Shown piece by piece: positions 8,839-18,539 of a stretch of DNA of 64,000 bases. The stretch comes from an uncultured Bacteroidia bacterium. Lineage in GTDB: Bacteria; Bacteroidota; Bacteroidia; NS11-12g; UBA9320. Numbering within the stretch: the first letter of the stretch is position 1; the number at the start of each line of letters is the position of its first letter. The stretch covers positions 2,136,967 to 2,200,966 of the forward strand of contig OX044357.1 in NCBI GenBank assembly GCA_943846675.1. The letters run 5' to 3'. The notes beneath the pieces are model-generated. The model saw only the letters and a program-made list of their open reading frames with translations, was not told the origin of the DNA and did no database searches. Both the position numbers and the translations under genes were made by a program.

Positions 8839-9408
8839 CTACTTTACTTTAATCACCGGTTTAAGTAAATAGTCATTTTTATTTCCTTGCTGAATAATTG
8901 ATTTCTCTGCATCAAAGTCTAGCGTTATAACTAGGCTATCTGCCCTTAAACTATCCGAAAAATTTATTTTAAATCCAGATGTCGATCCACTTGGTACTTT
9001 AAGGGGATAAAAACTGCTATCAACCATGACATTACTACTATCTCCAAGCACAAGCCTCATCTGTGTTATGTACGTTCCTTTGGTCAATGAATCCTGAACA
9101 ATCGTCGTATCAATTCCATTAGTAAGTTCAAGTAAATCATAAAAGCCATTGTTGGTTGTTAAATCGATCCAAGAAGAATCATTGGTCTGAACGCGAACTT
9201 GATACACGTTGATGTTAACTTGCTGATAGTCCCCTGGAGCATCGGTAAGATTTATCTTCATTTGACTGTACTCCGTTTCATTATTTTCCACCGGTACCGG
9301 TTCTTCGTCGTCAGTACACGCAATAAAAAAAATTGGCATCAACAGTAGTATCACGATTGATGTTAATTCTAGCAATTTTATTGTTTTAATTCTCCTCATA
9401 ATAAACAA
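8839..9408 (-). CDS. Hypothetical lipoprotein, possibly DUF4382-like
   Basis: Signal/lipobox ...FFIACTDDEEPVP, then a beta-rich domain. Family assignment is tentative. Confidence 0.4.
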   Translation of the reverse strand: MFIMRRIKTIKLLELTSIVILLLMPIFFIACTDDEEPVPVENNETEYSQMKINLTDAPGDYQQVNINVYQVRVQTNDSSWIDLTTNNGFYDLLELTNGIDTTIVQDSLTKGTYITQMRLVLGDSSNVMVDSSFYPLKVPSGSTSGFKINFSDSLRADSLVITLDFDAEKSIIQQGNKNDYLLKPVIKVK

Positions 9409-9696
9409 AGTTAATGGTTATTTGGCAATCGTAGGTTCTTTCTTAATGGACACTTCAGTATATTACCGAAGGCTAACGGGTCAAAACAGTATCAACGTTA
9501 TCTTCAATTCTTTTGAAACGTCCGATCACCTTTCGTTCATTATAATATGAGTAAAGCTCTTGATAGCGAAAGTCTTATGTGTGACATAACCTTGAAAATC
9601 GAGAAAAGTAAATGCAAACTCCACCAATAGTTAAAACTATTTGTAATTATTATAAATAATATACTTGTTTGCAATTATTCCCATTTATAGATTTTT

Positions 9697-9915
9697 ATGT
9701 CTATTTTTGAAACGTTGAAAATATGCATTGGCATGTACAACACCAAATACAAATTGCTTAGAGAGTGGGCGTATGCGGGTTACCTGTATAACTGTATCTT
9801 AGCTTTGGCTGGTAATGCCATTTGTCCGGAAGGCGAGTTCACTGCCGGTGCTGTTGTCGCTATTGTTTTACTTATGGTTTCATACTTCATAAGACGTAAA
9901 GTGTACGTGTCTTAG
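9697..9915 (+). CDS. Small hypothetical membrane protein
   Basis: 72 aa ORF with a C-terminal hydrophobic helix (AGAVVAIVLLMVSYFI), preceded by an AT-rich intergenic region. No homology recognised. Confidence 0.2.
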   Translation: MSIFETLKICIGMYNTKYKLLREWAYAGYLYNCILALAGNAICPEGEFTAGAVVAIVLLMVSYFIRRKVYVS

Positions 9916-9921
9916 TAAAGA

Positions 9922-10650
9922 CTATTTACGTTTGATACCTAAAAGTATCGTGTGATTATTCTCGGTGCGCACACCATCAGGTTTTGTTAAGTATTGGTTC
10001 ATGTAACCCAAACTTACAGACATGTGCGGGTTGATCGTATAATCAAAACCGCCATAGGCCCAATTTTGGTCAAAATAATGGGCCGGCTCAGTTTTTCGTA
10101 AATGGATAAACAATTCATTAAACATTTTAAACGACCACGACGTTTTTTCTCCATTGACAACTATTGGGTATTTAACCCCAAGCTTGTATCTAAACCTGTT
10201 TCGTATTGATGTTTCATCTAGCATTAAAAAACGCTGTTCTACTCTGTATCTGTGCGTAATCTTCCAACTAGCCACTTCATTTTTCAAGGTAAATTGCTCT
10301 ACAATGCGATGTTCATTGAATCTCTTGTCAATGGGTTGTGCTCCATAAGGAAAGTTGATGGCCAAATCATAACCTAAGGTAGCCGTAAAGTTATTGGTCA
10401 TTGTACGGTTTAAATTGATTCGCAGTAATGATTGTTGCCAATTGGCCACAAAATCATTTCTTCTCAAAGAGACCAACCCCGAAAGGCTTATCTTCTCGTT
10501 AATTTCTTGATCAACAGAAAGATCTAGCCACACATGTTGGTGGTTGTCTATAATGCGCTGAGCACTGCTTTTAATAGGCGCGAACCAAAGTCCGAAGACA
10601 ATCACCTGTAAGATTAACGTCGTTTTGGCTTTACTTAATAGACCATGCAT
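9922..10650 (-). CDS. DUF2490-family outer-membrane protein
   Basis: Signal peptide, then a start motif NHQHVWLDLSVDQ typical of DUF2490. Beta-rich and ends in an aromatic-rich C-terminus. Confidence 0.5.
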   Translation of the reverse strand: MHGLLSKAKTTLILQVIVFGLWFAPIKSSAQRIIDNHQHVWLDLSVDQEINEKISLSGLVSLRRNDFVANWQQSLLRINLNRTMTNNFTATLGYDLAINFPYGAQPIDKRFNEHRIVEQFTLKNEVASWKITHRYRVEQRFLMLDETSIRNRFRYKLGVKYPIVVNGEKTSWSFKMFNELFIHLRKTEPAHYFDQNWAYGGFDYTINPHMSVSLGYMNQYLTKPDGVRTENNHTILLGIKRK

Positions 10651-10992
10651 ATTGGATAACTGTGGTAAGTGTATAATCAGAATAATCGAATAGAAATATT
10701 CATTTCCTTTAAAGCCTCGATATTACTAAAATCCAAGCAATTCACATTCACTTTTCATTACCCCTTACCAACATGTTTATTGAGGTCTATTAGATTCCGC
10801 TAACCCCGAATGGATATCTGATTAGTCTTCGACAACAATAAAATAAAGCCGATCGTCAATTGCATTAACATGCTCACATCGAGCGATTTAACGACAAAAC
10901 AGCTGTGGTGACTCCTCAATTATTCTACACGTTACCTAGGGAAAATACCCACAAAACTTTGACTTTTAAATGATATTCGCTATCTTGAAGGC

Positions 10993-11436
10993 ATGGTTAA
11001 AAGTTACGTAGGGCCCATTAGGCAAGAAGCAGCAGAAATTAAAACAGACAAATTAATTTCAGCTTACATGACAACAAAGGTGATTTCTTTTCACCCAGAT
11101 TTATCAATTTACGAAGCAATGCAGACACTGCTTTGGAATAAGATATCAGGAGCTCCGGTAATTAACGAGAATCACGAACTTGTTGGCGTGCTTTCCGAAG
11201 GAGACTGTTTGAAAGAAATTGTAAAAGGCAAGTATCACAACGCCATTACAAACCCGGGCACAGTTGGTGAACACATGACCACAAGCGTAAAAACCATTAA
11301 ACCCAATATGACTGTTATCGATGCAGCTCATTTTTTCTTGAGCCAGCGCTTTAGAAGATTTCCTGTAACTAAAAATGGGAAGTTGGTAGGTTTACTTACC
11401 CAAACAGATTTGATGCGTGCAATGAATGAGCTTTAG
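10993..11436 (+). CDS. CBS domain pair protein
   Basis: Two CBS motifs are present: ...VMTTKVISFHPDLSIYEAMQTL...GAPVINENHELVGVLSEGD and ...HMTTSVKTIKPNMTVIDAAHFF...RFPVTKNGKLVGLLTQTDL. Confidence 0.8.
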   Translation: MVKSYVGPIRQEAAEIKTDKLISAYMTTKVISFHPDLSIYEAMQTLLWNKISGAPVINENHELVGVLSEGDCLKEIVKGKYHNAITNPGTVGEHMTTSVKTIKPNMTVIDAAHFFLSQRFRRFPVTKNGKLVGLLTQTDLMRAMNEL

Positions 11437-11538
11437 GTAGTTAGAAACCACCTTTTCTATATTTAGCCCCAATCATAAAAGTCCCCGTTTTATTAATAAA
11501 GTTCGATTTGCCGCCTAGGATGGATTGTACGCCAATGC

Positions 11539-13341
11539 CTATCTAACCAATAGTACCGACCCATTAATTGCGCGCCCCTGCATGGTTCGGTCTCTAAACC
11601 AAACGATATAAAAGTAGGATCCTGCAGGTACAGGCTTGTTTTGATAGGTACCGTCCCACCGCTTTGAAATGTCATCAGACTCAAAAATTTTCTCGCCCCA
11701 ACGGTTGTAAATGGTCATACTAAATTCACTTACACGCTGAAGCGTTGAAAGTCCAAAAGTTGGGTTGATGTTGTCAAGTGTTCCTGGGCTAAATGCCGAT
11801 GGCAATAAGAACAAGCTTGGTAAATTAACATCAATCGATTTTGTTACCGTATCCGGACAGTTAGCTATGTTATTGGCAATTAACGTAACCAGGTAAGATG
11901 ATTCTGCCCCATAGGTATGCTTCGGGTTTTCAACATTGTCTGAATTGAAATCTCCAAAATCCCAATCCCATGAAGTGGTATTTTGGCTTAAAGAAGTGAA
12001 TTGCACAGGTATATCTACTAACGGATCATCGTCATACATAAAGTCTGCAATTGCCTTGGTGTCTATCGTTACAGGAACCCGAACAGAATCCAAACACCCC
12101 GTATTACCTTGTACTTTAAGCAACACGTTGTAGACATTTGGTGCTGAATACACATTCACTGAGTTTTGTAACAAAGAAGTATTTCCGTCTCCAAATTCCC
12201 AATCCCAGGCATCAATGGTTCCTGTTGAAATGGTACTCAAGTCATTGAATGATATCGGTGATTGCTCACAGTTGCCAACATGTATAAACCGAGCCACAGG
12301 ACAAATAGTCGAATCCGACAAAGTCCAAATCCCTTCAAAGTCATTTGCAACACCTTCAGCGTAATTAGAAATCGCATTATCTTGTCCTGCTCTGCTGTAC
12401 AGCCAGGTATTTGACGACATGGCATAACGCATCGGACGTAAGTTGTTTTCCAGAATATCGTTCGAGCTCGTATTAGACGTGTTCCATTCCGCATCTTGAT
12501 AACCATAACGACTTACACCAAATGGCTTTGTGCTGTAGTTTGGTGTGCCTACCAGCCAATATCTATCGATAAGACGATGTGCATTTTCTACGCCATACTC
12601 ATTGAATGTGTTTAACACACCTCCAGGCAATTCCCGATTATTTGGGCTTGCCACTACGCCTGTCGGATAAGTCGCAACTGATACAAAACCAGAGTCAATC
12701 GCATTTACCCCGGCAGTTTGTATCGTGAATTGATAAGGTATGCCAACGCCTGTAAGCGATCTAAATGGGATTTCAAAACTCCCACCAGTTTCTCTAACAA
12801 CCCATTCTACCGTTCCATAACCTATCGAATTTGGCGTTTCTGAGACTATTCCGCCTCCTGTTTGTACAATCCCCGATGGCGTTTTATTGTTCACAACAAG
12901 CGTTTGTGTATTGAGAATCAAATTTCTGTTGTTACAATTCAGCTGACCCGCACCACCAGTGCTAAAGCCCCCGCCAACCAAGGCACTTACATCTAACGTT
13001 TTATCCGCAGTGCCTGACAATTCCAAAGTCGGAAATAAGGTCATATCGCCTCCCTTTATTTGCTGAACTCCGCCAGTTAAGGTAACCTTACCCGCATTGG
13101 TTGTGAATACGCCGGACGTACTTACGTTTGTCCAGTCTCCAGGTATCAGTAAATCGCCATTGCCATAGATATCCACTTTCCCATTTAAGGTATCATAATA
13201 GTGACCAGAACCATCCACAACCAGATAACCGCCATTTTCGAATACAATGTGGCCGCCACATTGCACCAAGCCCTGACCATAGGTCATAAAAGACAATAGC
13301 ATCAAAAACCCTGACAGTATGTTGTGACGTAATCGGGGCAT
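11539..13341 (-). CDS. Secreted protein with PKD-like domains and a T9SS type-B (gliding-motility-associated) C-terminal domain
   Basis: Signal peptide. PKD-like WDWEFGDGNTS / WDWDFGDFNSDN motifs. The C-terminus FSPGTLDNINPTF...TIYNRWGEKIFESDD...RWDGTYQNKPVPAGSYFYIVWF matches the CTD-B consensus. It lies 2 bp downstream of the tail-fibre-like gene, so probably in an operon with it. Confidence 0.7.
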   Translation of the reverse strand: MPRLRHNILSGFLMLLSFMTYGQGLVQCGGHIVFENGGYLVVDGSGHYYDTLNGKVDIYGNGDLLIPGDWTNVSTSGVFTTNAGKVTLTGGVQQIKGGDMTLFPTLELSGTADKTLDVSALVGGGFSTGGAGQLNCNNRNLILNTQTLVVNNKTPSGIVQTGGGIVSETPNSIGYGTVEWVVRETGGSFEIPFRSLTGVGIPYQFTIQTAGVNAIDSGFVSVATYPTGVVASPNNRELPGGVLNTFNEYGVENAHRLIDRYWLVGTPNYSTKPFGVSRYGYQDAEWNTSNTSSNDILENNLRPMRYAMSSNTWLYSRAGQDNAISNYAEGVANDFEGIWTLSDSTICPVARFIHVGNCEQSPISFNDLSTISTGTIDAWDWEFGDGNTSLLQNSVNVYSAPNVYNVLLKVQGNTGCLDSVRVPVTIDTKAIADFMYDDDPLVDIPVQFTSLSQNTTSWDWDFGDFNSDNVENPKHTYGAESSYLVTLIANNIANCPDTVTKSIDVNLPSLFLLPSAFSPGTLDNINPTFGLSTLQRVSEFSMTIYNRWGEKIFESDDISKRWDGTYQNKPVPAGSYFYIVWFRDRTMQGRAINGSVLLVR

Positions 13342-13342
13342 C

Positions 13343-16300
13343 TTATCCTTCTTTTTGAGCCGTTAAAATCAATGCACGTAATGCATTTATTTCCTCCTGT
13401 TGCTTTTCAAGCCTGCTGTTAAGCGATTCGTTTTGTTCTGAAAGTTCTTGAATGGCTTTGGTTAAGACAGGCACCATTTCGGTATAACGAATACTCATAT
13501 AGTCATTGGTGTCTGCAGGGACTTCCACAATTTCAGGAATAATGTCAACGACCTCTTGGGCGATAAATCCAATGGATGTATGGGCATTGCCTTTATATCG
13601 GTATTGTGTCGGATTTAATTGAAGCACTTCTGCGAGTCCATATTGAATATGCAAGATGTCTGTTTTGGCACGTCTATCAGAAATTGAGCTCCAGCTTGTA
13701 CCACCTGCAGCCAACGCAATCCCCGTGGTCATACCTAGATTACTAAACAAGCGATAACCTCCTGAAAATCTGGCAGTTAATTGATTATTTACCGTGCTTT
13801 TTACTCGTGTCGCGACGCTAACATCACTTAATATCATGGCACCCGTATATCCTTCTGTCGAACCATAACTTCCAATAACATGAGAGTAGTTTCCACTTGC
13901 ATTACTTCTATAGCCAATTGCCGTACTTACTGAACCACTGGCTGTATCGTTGTACCCCATAGCTATGGCATAGTTTCCACTAACGATGGACTGATAACCA
14001 AGCCCTGTTCCGTAATCGCCAGACACGTTGGTGGAATATCCTAATGCATTTGCATAATCACCGCTTGTACTGGTTGCATATCCAAATGTTGCCGAATATG
14101 ATCCGGACGCCTTTGTGTTCCAACCTTGAGCAATTGAGGCATATCCCGTTGCATCACTATGAGTTCCCAACGAAATAGAATACGTAGATGTAGCCGTCGA
14201 TAATGCGCCAAAAGCTGAAGCAAATTGACCTGAAGCTGTATCGGTATAGCCCATAGCTACTGAATTGGCTGCAAATGTTTTGGAGTTGTTTCCAATGGCC
14301 ACAGAGGAATTAGCTGCAGACTTACAGCGAAATCCAATGGCCACAGAATATGTATTTTTCGCTGAATCGCCATACCCAATTGCAACTGCGTGCAATCCTG
14401 TTGTTTTGGCATATGATCCCATAGCTTGTGAGTAATTACCAGACGCTCCAGCATTAAAACCCCGTGCAGCAGCATATTGACCACTGGCAACAGACGAAGA
14501 TCCTTCAGCAATTGAATAACTCCCTGAAGCTAAACTTAACCATCCTTTGGCCAAGGCCCCGTATCCTGTTGCTCTTGCGTATGCACCTACAGCCGTAGAA
14601 AAAGTCCCAGTTGTTTTACTGTATGAACCAATTGCCAAAGACCCATAACCTTCTGCAGTATCAATGAGTCCAATGGCTGTTGCTCTGTCTCCAGAAGATA
14701 CCGATTGCCTTCCAATCGCAACGGAACTTAAGTTTGTGGACTTCAACAAGTAACCTATAGCAACTGAGCTATTTCCGGTTGTTGAATCTCCATAACCAAT
14801 TGCAACTGAGTTTGTTCCAACAGTCTTGTTGTACGACCCTAGTGCAATGCCATAGGACCCCGTTGACGTATTATTGAATCCTGCCGTTAATGAATAATCA
14901 GCGATTGCTTCTCCGTTTCGTCCAAAGGCTGTAGAATAATCCCCTTCTGCCAAGTTTAGATAACCAGACGCAAAGGACGAAGCACCAGAAGCCACGTTGG
15001 AATTACCGATGGTTGTAGATGAAACCCCTGAGGAAATATTGCGGTAACCAAAGCTGGTTGAATAGTTTCCTTTGGCGGAATCTAAAAAACCGATAGCCAC
15101 TGCATATAGACCATTTACCACAGATCTATTTCCTCCAACGAAGGAATAGTTTCCTGTTATCACATTAGAATATCCAGAGGCGAAACCTCCAAATGCACTA
15201 TTCTCGTTGTCATACCCCAACGTTGTACCATAATCGCCAGTTACTTGATTTGACCTCCCTAATACACAGGCATAATCACCGCTCAAATCATTGTAAGAAC
15301 CGATTGCTGTTGAAACATAACCAGAAACCGTATCATAATGACCGATGGCTTGAGAATAATCTCCTTCAGCCAAGCTGTAACTCCCTTTGGCGTATGCATA
15401 TAATCCATCTGCAGAACTGTAATAGCCATGAGCAGAACTGTAGTTTCCACGCGCATTGGTAAATGAGCCTGAACTAAAGGACGTCACCCCTGATGCTTGA
15501 GTTCGATAACCTAAAGACACCGAATAACTCCCAATTGCCTTCGTACTATATCCAAACGCAGTGGAGTATCCTCCGATACTGTCGTTGTCCCAGCTATTGT
15601 CCAAGGTATAGCCTGCCCTAAAAGCTGCCTTCCGTGGATACCAGAACATCCGCGTTCCTGCACCAGTGGTTGTCAACTGGCTTCCGACATTATAGAGACC
15701 TTTTGCCATAATTCCCCCATCTGCCCAGGCAGAACCTCCTCGCTCAATACTTAATGTGAATTCAGGAGTTGTAGTCCCAATGCCTATTTTGTCACCAAAT
15801 GAGCCATTGTACATAGACCCCGTATTGTTACCAAGCCAATCTTGATCGAACGCCGACATGACAATAAATGAGTCCTGACTCAGAAAAAGGGTATCGTTTC
15901 TAAAAGATAAATGCTGTAACTCGTTGGTCGAATCTTTGTCGTATGGTGGGAATACAAAAAATGAATCCTGGCTTAAAAAAACCGTGTCATTCGAGAAAGT
16001 AAGTCGTTGTATTTCATTGGTCGAATCTCTATCGTAGGTTGGAAAAACAAAGAATGAGTCTTGGCTTAAGAAAAAAGTATCGTTTGAAAAGGTCAGTTTT
16101 TGAAGTTCGTTTGTGCTGTCTTTATCCGCAATTTCAATCATGCCGGCATAAGTCAGTTGGCCCGTAGCATTCACCGTTAGAATAGCCATGCTGTCAGAAG
16201 ATCCATAACTTCCAGGAGTCACGGTTGTTTGTGCAAGATCAATGGTGCCATAGGCTTTAATTGTTCCACCGGTTAGTCCATTTCCGGCAACAATCGTTTG

Positions 16301-16576
16301 CATTAAAGGCTCCCATGCCGTTTGGTTGTAATACCAAAAACCAATGGTGTCGTCAGTTTGATAAATCGTTAAACCATTTGCCGGAGTAACTATTCCAAGC
16401 TTCTGGACTTTAGTCATTCTTGGTATTAACATACCCCCGTTGACTGAATTAACATCCAGCATAGCTGATTTATCCGGTAAAGCACCCGTTTCATTGATAC
16501 CAATGTTTTGGGCAAATAGATTCTGTTGAAAGGAAATGAGTACTGTTACCAGTACAATTAAACTGCACTTCTTCAT
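13343..16576 (-). CDS. Tail-fibre-like repeat protein with a C-terminal intramolecular-chaperone (peptidase S74) auto-processing domain
   Basis: The start is taken at MKKCSLIVLV (signal peptide); the ORF is open further upstream to 16675. There are three tandem 32 aa repeats DSTNELQ.L.F.NDT.FLSQDSF.V near the N-terminus. A ~500 aa tract of degenerate 14-15 aa GY/SA repeats follows (GYSTAFGYSTKAIGSYSVSLGY...). The C-terminal ...DRRAKTDI...GFIAQEV..IIPE...YMSIRYTEMVPVLTKAIQEL plus coiled coil is typical of endosialidase/tail-spike chaperone domains. Confidence 0.7.
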   Translation of the reverse strand: MKKCSLIVLVTVLISFQQNLFAQNIGINETGALPDKSAMLDVNSVNGGMLIPRMTKVQKLGIVTPANGLTIYQTDDTIGFWYYNQTAWEPLMQTIVAGNGLTGGTIKAYGTIDLAQTTVTPGSYGSSDSMAILTVNATGQLTYAGMIEIADKDSTNELQKLTFSNDTFFLSQDSFFVFPTYDRDSTNEIQRLTFSNDTVFLSQDSFFVFPPYDKDSTNELQHLSFRNDTLFLSQDSFIVMSAFDQDWLGNNTGSMYNGSFGDKIGIGTTTPEFTLSIERGGSAWADGGIMAKGLYNVGSQLTTTGAGTRMFWYPRKAAFRAGYTLDNSWDNDSIGGYSTAFGYSTKAIGSYSVSLGYRTQASGVTSFSSGSFTNARGNYSSAHGYYSSADGLYAYAKGSYSLAEGDYSQAIGHYDTVSGYVSTAIGSYNDLSGDYACVLGRSNQVTGDYGTTLGYDNENSAFGGFASGYSNVITGNYSFVGGNRSVVNGLYAVAIGFLDSAKGNYSTSFGYRNISSGVSSTTIGNSNVASGASSFASGYLNLAEGDYSTAFGRNGEAIADYSLTAGFNNTSTGSYGIALGSYNKTVGTNSVAIGYGDSTTGNSSVAIGYLLKSTNLSSVAIGRQSVSSGDRATAIGLIDTAEGYGSLAIGSYSKTTGTFSTAVGAYARATGYGALAKGWLSLASGSYSIAEGSSSVASGQYAAARGFNAGASGNYSQAMGSYAKTTGLHAVAIGYGDSAKNTYSVAIGFRCKSAANSSVAIGNNSKTFAANSVAMGYTDTASGQFASAFGALSTATSTYSISLGTHSDATGYASIAQGWNTKASGSYSATFGYATSTSGDYANALGYSTNVSGDYGTGLGYQSIVSGNYAIAMGYNDTASGSVSTAIGYRSNASGNYSHVIGSYGSTEGYTGAMILSDVSVATRVKSTVNNQLTARFSGGYRLFSNLGMTTGIALAAGGTSWSSISDRRAKTDILHIQYGLAEVLQLNPTQYRYKGNAHTSIGFIAQEVVDIIPEIVEVPADTNDYMSIRYTEMVPVLTKAIQELSEQNESLNSRLEKQQEEINALRALILTAQKEG
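15839..16128 (-). repeat. Three tandem ~96 bp coding repeats inside the tail-fibre-like gene
   Basis: The DNA units gaatcctggcttaaaaaaaccgtgtcattcgagaaag... recur three times and encode the DSTNELQKLTFSNDTFFLSQDSFFVFP units. Confidence 0.7.
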
Positions 16577-16774
16577 ACTTTGACGTTTTGGACCTTTACG
16601 AATATACAAAACATCGCATCGCGAACATAAGGTGCTCATTTTATGAATTTTAGACATTCTATCTGGCACAAACACAATCTACGTTGACCACGTTAAATTG
16701 CATTTGACCGTCTGACTAATATCAGGTTAATTAACAAGTCAATCAAAACAAGAGAATGTAACTTTACTGCTTAA

Positions 16775-17635
16775 ATGATAGACGAATACATGTTTACACT
16801 TGAAGAACTGCAAAACGTTAAAAAACGAAAGCAGTTAACGGATATGGCCGTAGCAAAGAATGCTGATTTGAGAAAGATTAACCGAAACATTCGCTACGAG
16901 CAGGAACTCAAGCTGCTACAAGCCGAATTGGTCAATTTACAGCAATGGGTTTCTCGCCATAAGTTAAGAATCGCAATCATCTTCGAAGGAAGAGACGCCG
17001 CGGGCAAAGGCGGTTCAATAAAACGATTTACAGAACATCTTAATCCGCGTTCCATGCGCATTGTTGCGCTTTCAAAACCGACGGAAGTGGAAAGTGGCCA
17101 GTGGTATTTCAGAAGGTATATCAAAGAGTTACCAAACCCTGGTGAAATTGTATGTTTTGACCGCAGTTGGTACAATAGAGCCGCTGTTGAACCAGTAATG
17201 GGTTTCTGCAATAGAAAACAATACAAGAAATTTTTAGCCCAGGTCAACGAATTTGAGCACATGTTGTATGAAGACGGCGTTGTGCTTATTAAGTTTTGGT
17301 TTTCGATATCCAAACAGGAACAAAAGAAACGGTTTGAATCTCGGCTGCTTAACCCCCTCAAGGTATGGAAATACAGTCCGGTGGATATGAAGGGACAAGA
17401 ACTGTGGGACAAATACACGCATTACAAAGAGCAAATGTTTTCTAAAACCCATACCACTTTTAGTCCTTGGACTATTGTCAAAACAAATCAAAAGAAAACG
17501 GCTAGGATAGAAAGCATGCGTCACGTTTTATCATTGTTTGATTATGCAGGTAAAACAAGAGCAAAGACAACAACAATACCTGATCCAAACGTGATTGAAA
17601 GATATTATAGAGAAGCGGAACAAATAGATATATAA
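16775..17635 (+). CDS. ppk2: Polyphosphate kinase 2 (PPK2) family protein, paralogue 1
   Basis: Walker A-like FEGRDAAGKGGSIKRFTEHLNPR, and DRSWYNRA corresponding to the PPK2 DRS(W/H)Y motif. 286 aa single-domain PPK2. Confidence 0.85.
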   Translation: MIDEYMFTLEELQNVKKRKQLTDMAVAKNADLRKINRNIRYEQELKLLQAELVNLQQWVSRHKLRIAIIFEGRDAAGKGGSIKRFTEHLNPRSMRIVALSKPTEVESGQWYFRRYIKELPNPGEIVCFDRSWYNRAAVEPVMGFCNRKQYKKFLAQVNEFEHMLYEDGVVLIKFWFSISKQEQKKRFESRLLNPLKVWKYSPVDMKGQELWDKYTHYKEQMFSKTHTTFSPWTIVKTNQKKTARIESMRHVLSLFDYAGKTRAKTTTIPDPNVIERYYREAEQIDI

Positions 17636-18460
17636 ATGATAGAGAATACACCAATAGATTTAAAAGAGGAAGATCTTGAAATCTTAAATAGCCCGATAGG
17701 CCTTAAATATTTATTTGCTGATAAACGAACCGATGTTGGTAAAGCGCTTAGAATGGCGACCTACGAAATCGAGCTAAGGTCTCTTCAAGCCAACCTAGTT
17801 GATTTACAAAATTGGGTCATACAAGAAAAAAAGAAAGTTGTTATTCTTTTTGAAGGCCGTGACGCGGCAGGAAAAGGTGGCGCGATAAGACGGATTACCG
17901 CGCACATTAACCCGCGCCATTTCAAAATCGTTGCACTACCTAAACCCGATGAAGAGGAAGTGGGTCAGTGGTATTTTCAACGTTATGTAAACAAGCTGCC
18001 AAAACCTGGCGAAATGGTATTGTTTGACAGAAGTTGGTACAACCGCGCTGTTGTAGAGCCGGTCAATGGATTTTGCACCCAAGAGGAATACGACGTATTT
18101 ATGGGCCAAGTCAATGACTTTGAACGCATGATTTTGGAATCTGGCACGTATTTAATCAAGTTCTATTTTTCAATAACAAAAGAAGAACAAGCAAAACGAT
18201 TCAGAGACATTAAGTCAAGTCCATTAAAAAAATGGAAAATAACACCCGTAGACTTACGTGCTCAAGAGTTATGGGACCAATACACGGAATACAAATTAAA
18301 GATGTTCGACAAAACAAATACGGATATGGCCCCGTGGGTTTATATAGACGCTGATAGAAAAACAGAAGCTAGAATCCAGGCGCTTAAACACATCCTTAGT
18401 CACATTCCTTATACAATTCCTGAACAGACACCAGAACAGACGCCGGAAGAAAGTGAATAA
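17636..18460 (+). CDS. ppk2: Polyphosphate kinase 2 (PPK2) family protein, paralogue 2
   Basis: FEGRDAAGKGGAIRRITAHINPR and DRSWYNRA. It starts immediately after the TAA of the upstream PPK2 gene (TAAATG). Confidence 0.85.
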   Translation: MIENTPIDLKEEDLEILNSPIGLKYLFADKRTDVGKALRMATYEIELRSLQANLVDLQNWVIQEKKKVVILFEGRDAAGKGGAIRRITAHINPRHFKIVALPKPDEEEVGQWYFQRYVNKLPKPGEMVLFDRSWYNRAVVEPVNGFCTQEEYDVFMGQVNDFERMILESGTYLIKFYFSITKEEQAKRFRDIKSSPLKKWKITPVDLRAQELWDQYTEYKLKMFDKTNTDMAPWVYIDADRKTEARIQALKHILSHIPYTIPEQTPEQTPEESE

Positions 18461-18539
18461 GTGCATGGTGACAAAATCTCGATGAACTTGTGCGCTCCAA
18501 TGTCCTACGGTATATTTGAGATAATTCTATACCCCCCGT

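Noticed and set aside
10651-10992. 342 bp intergenic region upstream of the CBS gene inspected for riboswitch-like structure
   Set aside because: I recognised no conserved riboswitch motifs. Only generic AT-rich promoter-like sequence is present.
14041-15462. Several 60-89 aa ORFs in other frames within the tail-fibre-like gene
   Set aside because: They are products of the repetitive GY-repeat DNA and lie inside a long, strongly supported reading frame.
13343-16675. Possibility that the tail-fibre-like gene marks a prophage
   Set aside because: No capsid, terminase, portal, baseplate or integrase genes were recognisable in the flanking 10 kb on either side. The neighbours are PPK2 genes and a CBS protein. 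The gene is more likely a domesticated or stand-alone surface protein.
16894-17524. 174 aa and 96 aa minus-strand ORFs inside the first PPK2 gene
   Set aside because: They are antisense to a CDS with intact PPK2 motifs. Their composition is low-complexity Ser/Cys-rich, typical of a non-coding frame.
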